A stretch of 64,000 bases of DNA from Azolla caroliniana (lineage: Eukaryota > Plantae > Polypodiophyta): contig JBHGNT010000004.1 in assembly GCA_043228905.1 (NCBI GenBank), positions 13,578,001-13,642,000 of the forward strand. Direction: 5' to 3'. Both the position numbers and the translations under genes were made by a program. Under the pieces are notes generated by a model. It saw only the letters and a program-made list of their open reading frames with translations. It made no database searches and was not told where the DNA came from. Positions 1 to 11,995 of this stretch are shown in pieces. Every line of letters starts with the position of its first letter. Position 1 is the stretch's first letter.

Positions 1-20
1 AACAAGAATAGGCTAAGAGG

Positions 21-425
21 TGTCATAATATGGCAAGACTCGAACCCATGACCTTATGGTATATGGGTCGAGCTCTTAACCATCACACCATCTATTGTAA
101 TTCATAGGATATTATTTTCATTTATATTTTATTATAAGAAAGTAATGTATATTCCAGATTTCTCTGGAACATTCTAGAAGTTTCAAGATTACTCCTGACA
201 ACACTATAAAAGAAGGCACTAGGCATTATGTTGAACCAAATTGGTTCAACGCCAGTCTTAAGCCTCTCAGCCGCTTTGTACTTATCTTTTCACATAATAT
301 ATTAGCTGTTATCATCATCTTTTTCTCTCTCTCTCATCCTCGCTATCTCTCTCTCTCCTCTTAATACTAATAATACTACTCTTCTTAGTACTAATTCCAT
401 CTCTGCTTTAGTACTATTCCTGACA
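21..425 (+). repeat. 5' LTR of family A element
   Basis: Direct repeat of 5128-5540; TGTCA...TGACA termini; TATAAA at 205-210. Confidence 0.95.
31..92 (-). promoter_or_regulatory. tRNA-like Pol III A-box/B-box cassette in LTR U3, antisense (also at 5138-5199, 12824-12885, and on + at 13885-13946)
   Basis: Minus strand TGGTGTGATGG (A-box-like, 80-90) and GGTTCGAGTC (B-box, 37-46) at tRNA-like spacing of about 45 nt. Confidence 0.7.
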
Positions 426-440
426 GTTTGAACCAATTTG
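426..440 (+). promoter_or_regulatory. Non-tRNA (self-priming type) primer binding site
   Basis: GTTTGAACCAATTTG follows the LTR, lacks TGG, and is complementary to LTR 237-249 (CAAATTGGTTCAA). Confidence 0.75.
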
Positions 441-497
441 CCTTTCCTCCAGCCTACTTGCTGTTCTCCCTCATCCTCCTACCCTTTTCCCTATACT

Positions 498-1655
498 ATG
501 GCTACTGTTAGTGCCCAAGAATATCAATCCGTTTTCTCCGAGTTACAGTGCCTAAAAGAAAAGTTTGTTGCCCTGGAACAAGAAAACCAACGGTTGATAG
601 GGGATCTGCAACAAATCGCTCTCGAAAAACAACAAACGCAACAACAACATGGGGAGTTAGCATTACGGGTACAACAACTCGAAGCAGCGTTGCAACATCA
701 AGGATCAAGTCCCCAAGGATTTCATAAAGAGCCCAAGATTGGACTTCCTGTGAAATTTGATGGAACGCGATCGCAATTCTGGGGATTCCTTAATCAGGTA
801 CGCTTCGTCATCCAGATGCATCCTTCCCGATATCCCACTGATGCATCTCGAGTCGGCCTAATAGGCACGTTACTTAGTGGCTCAACCTTGGCATGGTTCA
901 CTCCGCTTCTAGAAAAACAATCACCCTTGCTTAATAACTTTGAAGATTTTATTGGTGAGTTTAAGGCCTGCTTTGGAGATACCAACAGCATCAGGACGGC
1001 GATCAACAAGATCCGAAGAATGCGTCAAGGCGATCGTCCAGCCTCTGCATACGTGGCGGATTTCCTTCTACTCGCCTTAGATATTCCCTGGGATGATCAG
1101 GCCCTCATGGAGCAATTTCGCTACGGCTTGCGCAATGATGTCAAAGATCTGCTTTTAACCTTCCTAGAAGAACCAAAGTCTCTTACGGAGGCAATCAGTC
1201 GAGCGGTCCGATGCGACAACCGCCTTTTCGAACGGCGTTCGGAGCATCAGTTACAAATACCACGCTCTTGGCCGGAACCCACATACGCCTCAGTCATGGC
1301 TAAACCGTTTGCACGCGATGTACCTCAAGCCAATATTCCGACACCGATGGAGATCGACACCATGCGTCGACGCGGCCCGTTATCGGAAGAAGAAAAGCAA
1401 CGACGACGTGCCAATCGATTATGTCTTTATTGCGGTGGACCAGGGCACATCGCCATCAATTGTCCCCATAGGCCAAGAAGACAGGTAAATCAAATCGTCG
1501 CTTGTACTAAACCCGAGTCAATTCTTCCCTTCGGAGTGTCTGATAGTATTAATAGTACTAATAGAGTGTCAGATAGTATTCATAGTACTAATAGCCCAAG
1601 TATCTCAAACAAATTTGAAATCCTTAGTCAATTAGATGAAGAGTTAAACGATTAA
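498..1655 (+). CDS. gag: Gag (coiled coil, retrotransposon capsid, CCHC knuckle), intact
   Basis: Open from ATG 498; KFDGTRS..GFL motif, PTPMEID, CLYCGGPGHIAINC. Confidence 0.9.
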   Translation: MATVSAQEYQSVFSELQCLKEKFVALEQENQRLIGDLQQIALEKQQTQQQHGELALRVQQLEAALQHQGSSPQGFHKEPKIGLPVKFDGTRSQFWGFLNQVRFVIQMHPSRYPTDASRVGLIGTLLSGSTLAWFTPLLEKQSPLLNNFEDFIGEFKACFGDTNSIRTAINKIRRMRQGDRPASAYVADFLLLALDIPWDDQALMEQFRYGLRNDVKDLLLTFLEEPKSLTEAISRAVRCDNRLFERRSEHQLQIPRSWPEPTYASVMAKPFARDVPQANIPTPMEIDTMRRRGPLSEEEKQRRRANRLCLYCGGPGHIAINCPHRPRRQVNQIVACTKPESILPFGVSDSINSTNRVSDSIHSTNSPSISNKFEILSQLDEELND

Positions 1656-4600
1656 GTCCAACCAAAATAGGAGCCATTTGGTTGGACAACAGCCCTAGAT
1701 CTGTACAGCCCATTAGTGGTTCCATTCCTTCCAAGCAAGTTAGCAATGTGTTCCTAGCCCAAGTCATTGTTAGTACTAAAAGTACTCCCCCAGTACCCGT
1801 CCTAGCACTCTTAGATTTCGGAGCTAATTCCTGTTTCATGGATCGAAATTTTGCCCAAGCTTCTTAGATATCCCTAAGAAAACTTCCTTGTCCCGCATCT
1901 GTAGTAGTCATTGATGGTTGTCCCATTGCTTCTGGGAATATTGTAGAAGAATCAGAACCCATTCAAGTTGTCCTAGGTAGTTTTGTGTGTGTAATATCAT
2001 TTAATATAATTAGTAGTCCAGAGCATCCCATTGTCCTAGGATTACCTTGGTTTGAATTACATAATCCAACCATAGATTGGAGAACAAGAGAAGTCCGATA
2101 TCGACCACCCCAAGAATCTACTCATCGAGTTTCGACCATTTCACTCCAATTACTCGAAGAAGGACACAAGGAGGCAATGTTCCTATTTGCAATATCAGTA
2201 CATCCTTCCAACACTATTAAGAAGGACTCCTCAGTACAACTTCTGGCAAAATATCATCCTTATGCCGATGTATTTGACAAGGTAAAAGCCGATACCCTTC
2301 CTCATCACCGTATTTACAACCAGGAACCGAGCCACCATGGGGACCAATTTACAACTTGTTACCCACCGAGTTAGAAGTCCTTCGAGCCTACATAGAGGAG
2401 AACTTGGCAAGCGGGCTCATCCGTCATTCGAAATCTCTGGCCAGTGCACCCATCTTCTTTGTCAAGAAGAAAGATGGCTCACTTCGTCTCGTCGTTGATT
2501 ACCGCGGATTGAATAAGGTCACCATCCGGAATAGGTATGCACTTCCTCTTATATCAAGTCTTTTAGAGCGAGTTAATGGTGCCAAGTTTTTTACCAAAAT
2601 CGATCTACGAGGAGCGTATAACCTCATGCGGATCCGACCGGGAGATGAATGGAAGACCGCCTTTCGCACGCGGTATGGGCATTTCGAGTATACTGTTATG
2701 CCGTTCGGCCTAACCAATGCACCCGCAGTCTTCCAACACATGGCAAATGATATATTCAGAGACCTCTTGGATATCTGTTTGATCATCTATCTTGATGATC
2801 TATTGATTTATACGAAGACCCAGCACGAGCACGATTCTCATGTACTATTAGTACTAAATCGACTCCGCGAGAATGGTCTTTATGCCAAGCTAGAAAAATG
2901 TAGCTTTGACTACAAGCAAGTGGAATTTCTAGGCTACGTCATCTCCTCAAAGGGCATCGCCATGGATCTAGCTAAAGTCCAAACTGTACTAGAGTGGCAA
3001 ACTCCACGGTCGGTACGAGATGTACAATGTTTTCTAGGTTTTGCTAACTTCTACCGTAAGTTTATACAGGATTACTTGAAGATTATCTTACCCCTCACAC
3101 AACTTACGAAGAAGGGCCAAGCATTTCTTTGGTCCATTGAAGCAAATATGGCTTTTCGGCATCTTAAGAAAGCCTTTACATCAACACCGATTCTAGCTCA
3201 TCTAGATACTAGCAAACCATTCATCATGGAGGCCGATGCTTCAGATTTCGCCCTCGGTAGCATCCTTTCTCAACAAGGAGATAAAGAAGAGTTGCATCTG
3301 GTGGCTTTCCATTCATGCAAATTCGATGTTGCGGAAATCAACTGCGAAATACATGACAAGGAGTTATTAGCCATCGTGGATTCATTTGTGCAATGGCGGC
3401 ATTTCTTAGAGGGCTCTCCACATCAGGTCGTTGTCTTTAGTGATCATAAAAATCTTGCTTATTTCTAGAACGCTCGCGTACTAAATCGACGGCAAGCTCG
3501 GTGGGCGCAATTCCTCACGCGTTTCGACTTCAAAATCACATATCGACTGGGGAAGCAGCAAGGAAAAACAGATGCACTATTACGGCGTTCATATCTTGCA
3601 CCTCGTCCTGGTGATCCAACATTTGATAATCAAAAGCAAGTAATCTTGGGACCAACACGATTGCACACGATGCGGATTTTTCACACCCCGATGGATTCAC
3701 GGATTACCGATGACATACGTGCAAACTTGAAAACGGATAGTTTTGCTCAAGACATCCTGGCGCACATTGATACTTCTCGGGCATCCTATTCTCAGTCTTA
3801 ACAACCAGGTATTGACTACCGACAATTCGAATATCATGATGGTTTGTTATTCTTTAAAAAGCGCGTATATGTCCCCGATTGCTCCTGTCGCCTTCAAATC
3901 GTCCAGCATTGTCACGACACCCATACGGCGGGACATTTCGGTAGTACTAAGACGTTGGAGCTAGTGCAACGATCTTTTTGGTGGCCCCACATGCGCCGTT
4001 TTGTCGACGACTACGTGCGGACCTGTGATGCTTGCTGCCGAGCAAAGATGCCACAACACCATCCATATGGCTTGTTGGAACCCTTACCGATTCCAAGTAA
4101 GCCGTGGCAGTCTATTTGTCTTGATTTTATCACAGATCTTCCGGTCTCGCAGGGGTTTGATGCTATCTTAACCGTCGTCGATCGATATACGAAGATGGCA
4201 CATTTTGTTCTGTGTACTAAGGCCATCACTAGCGAGGAAACCGCCGCCCTTGTCATGCGTGAGGTATTTCGGCATCATGGCCTCCCAGACAGTATCATCA
4301 GTGACCGAGGACCGCAATTTGTCTCCAAATTTTGGCAGCATCTCTTCAAGATGCTCAAGGCCTCTTGCAACCTCTCCTCCGGCTACCATCCTCAAACCGA
4401 TGGGCAGGCAGAACGAACAAACCAAACGCTGGAGCAATATCTCCGGTGTTTCCTGAGTTATCAACAGGACGATTGGGCCGAGATTCTCCACTTTGCGGAG
4501 TTTGCGTATAATAATGTTGTTCACTCCTGGACTCGAGTCTCCCTATTCTACGCTTATACCGGTTCTCATCCTCATTGATCGGTGATCGATACCCCAGAGC

Positions 4601-5116
4601 TACCTACCAATCCTCGTGCCGGGGATCATTTGGAGAGACTACGCAAGATCCAGACAGATCTCTCGACTCATCTTCGTCATGCTCAACAGACACAGAAGAC
4701 TTACGCGGATCGTCATCGGCTTCCCTCCTCTTTTGCCATCGGAGAGCGAGTATGGCTCTTACGCCGTCACATCAAGACTACTCGACCGTGCGACAAGTTG
4801 GATTATCGACGACTCGGTCCTTTCCGTATTACGGGTAAGGTTAATGATGTCACATTCCGCCTTGATCTCCCTCCGCAGCTTCAGATACATCCGGTTTTCC
4901 ATTGTTCTCTTCTTGAACCTTATAAAGCAAACACCATTCCCGATCATGTTACACCACCGCCGCCCCCGCTGGAGTTGGACGCCGGCCCGGAGTATGAAGT
5001 TGGAACCCGTCGAGCATGTTGCCAATGCTCAGGATCTGCTTGCTGATTTCCACCGAAAGTATCCGAACAAACCTGGTCCGCAATCAACGCCGACTCGTTC
5101 CACTCGTCGTCTTTAA
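1650..5116 (+). pseudogene. pol: pol (PR-RT-RNaseH-INT-chromodomain), disrupted
   Basis: ALLDFGA protease, YLDD RT, ADASDFALG RNase H, HHCC and DRGPQF integrase; stops at about 1865 and 3466, frameshifts, chromodomain internally deleted near 5000. Confidence 0.92.
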
Positions 5117-5127
5117 GGGGGAGATAG

Positions 5128-5540
5128 TGTCATAATATGGCAAGACTCAAACCCATGACCTTATGGTATATGGGTCGAGCTCTTAACCATCACACCATCT
5201 ATTGTAATTCATAGGATATTATTTTCATTTATGTTTTATTATAAGAAAGTAATGTATATTCAAGATTTCTCTAGAACATTCTAGAAGTTTCAGGATTACT
5301 CCTGACAACACTATAAAAGAAGGCACTAGGCATTATGTTGAACCAAGTTGGTTCAATGTCACTCTTAAGCCTCTCAGCCACTTTGTACTTATCTTTTCAC
5401 ATAATATATTAGCTGTTGTCATCATCTTTCTCTCTCTCTCATCCTCGCTATCTCTCTCTCTCTCTCTCTCTCCTCTTAGTACTAATAATACTACTCTTCT
5501 TAGTACTAATTCCATCTCTGCTTTAGTACTATTCCTGACA
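5128..5540 (+). repeat. 3' LTR of family A element
   Basis: Matches 21-425 with few substitutions; preceded by PPT. Confidence 0.95.
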
Positions 5541-5590
5541 AGAGGCCATCCTTGACGAACGGATCTTGTGAGGGCAATATTTGATGTAAC

Positions 5591-8500
5591 TGTCACAGAT
5601 GTAGACGAGGGCAAGGAAAATTAGGCGAGCTCAATATTAACAAGAGAGAAAGAGAGGTATATAGATAGAGAGGAGCATAGACAAGAGAACGAGAGAGAGG
5701 GTAAACAAAAGAGCGAGAACTAAATTATGCTTCCATAACTGGTGTTGTTCACCTTGATTGTAATCAAGGTGCACCAAAGTATTTATACAAGAATGTGGTG
5801 GTATGCATGTAAGCTAGGAAACATCTAGAGAATGCATGGAAACTTCTAGAGAGTGCATATCTGTGCATTCTCTAGAAGTTTCTTGAAAGTTCTAGTGATT
5901 AACTTAGAATGTAATAAGTTGAAACTTATACAATACAATAATGTATAGATGGAACGTAGCTCAGTTGGTAAGGTTGCCTAATAAGACCAAGAGGTCATGG
6001 GTTCAACCCCCTACATTCCGTCATGTCTATGCCATTATCCTCCTGGCTTATGTGGGTATCGTTGATGAAAATCGTGAATGGCCTCCGGAGCATTTTGTAA
6101 ATGTGTAACTGGCTCCCATGTGGCGTCCGAAATGGGGCAACCTTTCCATAAGACCAAATATTGGAGCTGTCGACGACAATATCGAGAGTACAGGATTTGG
6201 TCAACCTCATATTGTTCGCTCGTCGACAATTCCACAGGTGGCGGTGGAGGAGGGTGTCATCCTGGAATTCAAGAAGGATGGTAGAGTTCGACGAGGGAAA
6301 CATGAAAAAGATCGTCAATCCTGAATGTTGGAGGAAGTGCTAACCAGAAGGCGACTGGGTTGATCCGCTCGATGATACGAAAGGGGCCTGGTCTTTTGTA
6401 GTTCAATTTTGCACATGGACGTTTGGTAGCGATGTGACGACGTAACAGCTAAACCATGTCTCCGATTACAAACATCGGTGCAACTAAGTGATGTTGGTCT
6501 GCTTGATTTTATAGCGGTCACCAGCAACACAAAGCTCCAAGGAGAGGTCACGATGGACATCGTGTAAAGCGTGGGCACACGTCTCTGCCGAAGTATTGAC
6601 CGAAGTTGTAGGTATGGAAATGTTGAAACTAGGGTGAAATCCATAGTTTGCAAAGAAGGGGGAAACCTTAGTCAAAGCATGCACACTATTATTGTAAGCA
6701 AAGTCCGCCATTGCAAGGAAGTCCACCCAATCCTCCTGTTGGTAGCTCACGGTACACCGAAGGTATTGTTCGAGGGTTTGGTTGACTTGCTCCGTTTGTC
6801 CATTAGTTTGAGGATGGTATGTTGAAGACAAGTTGACAGAAGTCTCGAATGTTTGTAGAAGTCGTCGCCAAAACTGGGAAATGAATTGAGAACCTCGATC
6901 AGAGGTGATATCCTCGGGTAAGCCGTGTAATCGAACAACATTTTTAAGAAAAAGATCAATTGTCTCTTCCCCAGAAATGGTTTTGGAGCATGGAACAAAG
7001 TGAGCCATCTTCGAAAACTAATCGACAATGAATAGCACCGTGTCATGTCCACCAACCAGAGGGAGGTCCATGATAAAGTCCATGGATAGAGAGACCCATG
7101 GTCCACGTGGAATAGGGATCGGGTGGAGAAGACCATATACCCGATGGTGAGGCGTTTTGGACCGAGCACATACATCACATGTCTTAATAATAAATTCCTT
7201 GACAAATTTTCAGGGTTGGGGCAACCAAAACCCTCAAGATAGCAATTCTAGGGTTTTCGTAACCCCAAAGTGGCCTGCAAGAGGATCATCATGACAGTTT
7301 TTTAGAACTTGTGTACGACATGAACCTTCAGGAACGTACAAGAGATGATTACGATATAGTAACCCATCCCGGGTTACTAATTGGTTGAGATATGAGATTT
7401 TCATGTCTGGAGATGGGTCATTAATGTGGCCCATGATTTCTTTGGCGAATGGGTCCGACACAGTTGCCGTGGCGATCTCATTGAGCAAAGAATCATAATG
7501 TAACATGCAGGTGGCGAACATCTGAAGTGGATCGGGCCGCAACAAACAATGGGATTGTTGTGAATATGCATCATCTCTTGGGCATAATGCAAAATCAGGT
7601 CGCAGAGAGAGGGCATAAGATTTCCCATGTTGAACTCCGGGTTGAAACAAGACCTCAAAGTCATAGTTGGCGAGAAAAGATGACCATCGGACTTGCCTCC
7701 GATTCAATGTACAACTGGTGGTGAAGTAAATTAGATTTTTGTGGTCGGTCAGCACCTGGATGCGATGTTGGGCCCCAACCAAATAGGGTCGCCATTCAGT
7801 GATTGCTGCTAGCTCTTTGTCGTAGACTGGACAATTGATTTCCGGGGCGGTAAACTTCCGAGAGCAGAAGGCAACAAGATGTAGTGTGCCCTCGTCGTCT
7901 AGTTCGGACAGGACAACTCCAATGCCAAAGTCGGAGGCATCGGTTTCGACTTGGAAGGGCCTTGTGGGGTCGGGGTGAACCAACACTAGGGCTATGAGAA
8001 AAGCTGCCTTGAGGGCATCAAAAGCACGTTGCGCCGTAGAGGTCCAGAAAAATGGAGTATCTTTTCTTGGAAGGATGAAATTAGAGGTTGTAGTAAAGAT
8101 GAAAAACCATTGATAAATCGTCGATAGAAATTTTCAAAACCAATAAATGATTGTACCTCTTTCAACCGAGTAGGGATAGGCCAATCGGTGATTGCCGCTA
8201 CCTTGCATGCATCCATTGTGATCCCGGAGGGTGAAATCACGTAGCCTAGGAATTCAATAGAGGTCCGATGGAATTCACATTTCTCACTTTTGGCGTAAAG
8301 TCCATGTTCCCAAAGTTTTGATAGGATCAATCGGACGTGTCAAGTGTGCTCCTCTATGTTGGAAGAAAAAACTAAAATGTCGTCAAATGTAGATCAGCAC
8401 GAAGTGATCGAGATTTTCCCGAAATATATTGTTCATCATGTGTTGAAAGACCACAGGGGCGTTGGTGAGACCAAAAGGCATCATCTTGTACTCGAAATGT

Positions 8501-10904
8501 CCATAGCATATTCAGAAGGCCATTTTCCACTTGTCTCTTAGCTTGATACACACTAGATTGTAGGCTCCCCGAAGGTCGATTTTGGAGAAGATACTCCCGG
8601 TTCGAAGTTGGTCAAGAAGTGTTGGAATTAAAGGAAAGGGGTAACGATTACATACCGTAATTTTGTTAAGACCCTGATAATCCACACATAGGCGTAATGA
8701 GCCGTCCTTCTTCTTGACAAATAAGATTGGGGCTCCAACCGGTGATTTGGAGGGTTGAATGAAACCCTTGGCGAGGTTTTCATCCAGATATGTGTGAAGG
8801 GCCTCAAGTTCAAGTTCAAATAGCCCATAGATGGGCCCAAATGGTGGGTGTGTGCGCCATCTTGGAGTTCGATTGGGCAATCATAGGGAAGATGTGCCGG
8901 CAACCAGTTTGCATTTCGCTTTTCGAACACGTTCAGAAAGTAGTTATATCTTGCGGGCAAATTGGTGACAAGAGTAGGGATGTCCTATGACACAACGGGC
9001 ACGGAAGTGACCATGCTAGAATCAGCCACAACGGAATAGGCAACGTTAGAGACTGAGTTGAAATCAGAAGAATGTGCAGCCAAGCTGAAAGTAGCCCCCA
9101 CACAAGTAACAGTGTTTGTGGAAAAGTGATGGAGCGGCTACACCAATCCACCATCGGATTGTGCGTTTCCAACCAGGAGAGCCCTAAAACAATCAGATGA
9201 AGAGGGGTTGCAATGAGGTAGAATGTTAATACCTCCTGGTGGAACCCGACTTGAAATACCAATGGGACAGTGGCTTCGGTAACCACCCTTGAAGAGAGAA
9301 CCTGTCCGTCGATAGTTTCAACGGATATGGGTTGTGTTGTGCGAACGATTGGGATTTTATGTGCTTGGACAAACGCGATATTGATGAAACAAGTAAATAC
9401 ACCAGAATTGAGAAAGGCATGGGATTTTATTAAAATAGACCCAAAACAAAGACTTACTTGCAAAGTAAAACCTCCCGTTGGCATGACTGAATTGTAGGAG
9501 CACGAAGAACTAGGGCGACGGAAAGTGTCCAGCGCCATGGCTCCTACTGCCGCCGGACTTGCTGATTTTCCCATTGTCCAGAAACCTCTGCCAGATGTGC
9601 ACAAACGTTTTCTTGTTGTCGAGAAGGCTTTGCAAGACGTGCACGGTGGGATTGATGACGAGGGTTGTGCATCGGGCTGTGGCGGATGACATGGCCGGGG
9701 GTACCACAATAGAGGCAAAGGCCATTGTCACGTCGATGTTGTTGTTGGGCATCGGTTAATGGTTGGAACCAAGCATGGTTGATCTCCATTGGGGTACAGG
9801 GATTGACCTCCATCGGGGTATGAGCACTATTGGAAGATGGCAGCTGAGGCGTGCTTGACGAAACTGATATATATGTCCTTGTGAGTGGAGCATTGTGGGA
9901 GGAAGATGGAAAACCTCAAGTCCCCTGTTCCTCTTGTCGAAGCTCAAAAAGACGATTATCACATTGAACGGCTTGGGAGATTACCTGGGACAATGATATG
10001 GGCTCCGGAAATTTTAAGAGAAGAGTCTTGATATCATTTCAGAGGCCTCAACGAAACTGGTTGCATAAAGCTTGCTCAACCCAGCTGACATCGCACGTGA
10101 TCTGACGAAACTCTGAAGCATAAACGGAAACTGGACGAGAGCCTTGTTGTAAGGAATAGAGTTTCGTGAGTGCCATTCGTCTCCGATTTGTCTCACCGAA
10201 TGTGGCTTTGAGCTCTGCAAGGAAGGCAAGAAAGTTGTCTAGGAGGGGTGATGAGGTCTCGATCGAAGGGGTTGGGTTAGATGCTGACGAAAGGTGAGGC
10301 TCAACGGGTGAAGGATTGTTGGATGTGCTATTTTGAAGCTCTCGCAATAATTGACGAAGGCTTTCATTTTCTAATTGAAGTTGCTCCAAGGCTGCCATTA
10401 CTTGGTTTAAGGCTAAGTCGGACATGGTAACAAGAAGGGAAGGTGAACAAACTGTCACGGATGTAGACGAGGGTAAGGACAAGTAGGCGAGCTCAATATT
10501 AACAAAGAGAGAAAGAGAGGTATATAGATAGAGAGGAGCATAGAAAAGAGAACAAGAGAGAGAGAGAGGGTAGACAAAAGAGTGAGAACTAAATTATGCT
10601 TCCGTAACTGGCGTTCTTCACCTTGATTGTAATCAAGGCGCACCGAAGTATTTATACAAGAATATGGTGGTATGCATGAAAGCTAGAAGACTTCTAGAGA
10701 GTGCATGGAAACTTTTCAAGAGTGCATGAAGATGCATTCTCTAGAAGGTTCTTGAAAGTTCTAGTAAACAATCTAAAATGAAATAAGTTGAAACTTATAC
10801 AATACAAATAATACATAGACGGAATGTAGCACAATTGGTAAGGTTGCCCAATAAGAGCAAGAGCTCATGGGTTCAACCCCCCACATTCCATCGTGTTTAT
10901 GACA
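5591..10904 (-). mobile_element. Full-length degenerate gypsy chromovirus, family B
   Basis: LTRs 10453-10904 (5') and 5591-6034 (3'); TSD GTAAC (5586-5590, 10905-10909); fragmented gag, PR, RT, RH, INT; chromodomain YEVDQIL..YLVLWKG...ATWEP at 6035-6235. Confidence 0.94.
5949..6020 (+). promoter_or_regulatory. tRNA-like Pol III cassette in family B LTR (second copy 10819-10890)
   Basis: TAGCTCAGTTGGTA A-box, GGTTCAACCC B-box, AGGTC variable-loop-like segment, GGAATG/CATTCC acceptor-like stem; anticodon arm does not pair. Confidence 0.75.
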
Positions 10905-11995
10905 GTAACTCTCCCATTAAGCATTACTCGAGACAACGCATATTTTCCTAATAAAAATATAAGGCAAGACATATGAGGTCCAAAACACATTGTATGCATT
11001 AACCTAGAAACAAAGGACCAATTAACATGATCATAAGCTTTCTCCAAATCTAATTGCACCATAATCAATTCTTGATGAGTGTTCGAGCATAATCCATGGC
11101 TATTTGAACATTCAATATATTATGCAATATATTCCTACCTGCAACAAAACCATATTGAGCGAGATGTATAAATTTTGGCAAATACTTTCGTAATCTATTT
11201 GTCAAGACCTTTGTTAATATCTTATACAACCCCCCATCAAAGAAATAGGTCTCCATTGACGAAATGACTCGGGAGATGCCACCTTTGCAACTAATTTAAT
11301 TAGACCAACCTTCGACGCTTAAGGCAAACAACCAGAATCCCAAGAATGTTGAAACATCAAAGATAAGCGCACCTTTAAAATGTTCGAATATCGCTTAAAA
11401 ACATCATTTCTCAAGCTATCCCAACCAGGGCTCTTACCACTAAGAAGATGCCTTATAACCGTGTCCACCTCATCCTCATTGAAATTTGCATCCAATTCAT
11501 GACTAATGAGGTCATGCACAATACATCCAACGAGATCATAAAACTCAGGACGTGCTCTACTCACTTCATTTGTCATTAACAATTGTGGGCCAATCGATTT
11601 CTTAAAGTAACGAACACATATATGTCAATTATAGTAGTAGGATCCACTATCAATTTATCCCCTTGCTTCACATGTACCACATTAGATCAAGCATAAATAG
11701 GATATAACACTTTGGAAAACAAATGAGATTGAGCCCATCCCTCAATTCCCACATCTTTGTACAACAATAACTTTGGCATTGCAACGGAAAAATAATAACC
11801 TGCAATTGACTTTTGGATATCCGATAAGCTCATCATCTAATGGTGCATATATCAATAATGCATTACACCTAAAGAGAACTTGTGAGAATTGTCAAAGAAG
11901 ACCTCTTCTTCATTGAGCATTAGTTACTCCATACATACGATGAATGGTGTTAATGTTTCGTAACGTGATATCCCATGCTTTAACTCCTTTAAGAT
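10905..11995 (-). pseudogene. L1-type LINE RT remnant, copy 1 (continues at 5541-5590 and 1-20)
   Basis: KSPGWD, YKILTKVL..RL, QYGFVAGRNI, LDLEKAYDHVNW, VRQG motifs; collinear with 32880-34030 once the two gypsy insertions are removed. Confidence 0.88.

Larger units (their letters stand above)
21..5540 (+). mobile_element. Full-length Ty3/gypsy chromovirus (Tcn1/Tf1-like), family A
   Basis: TG...CA LTRs at 21-425 and 5128-5540; 5-bp TSD AGAGG (16-20, 5541-5545); PPT AAGGGGGAGATAG 5115-5127; order gag-PR-RT-RH-INT-chromodomain remnant. Confidence 0.96.

Noticed and set aside
5949-6020. Functional tRNA-Ile gene (TAATAA loop-like)
   Set aside because: Anticodon and T stems do not pair and LTR copies differ; treated as a tRNA-like promoter cassette
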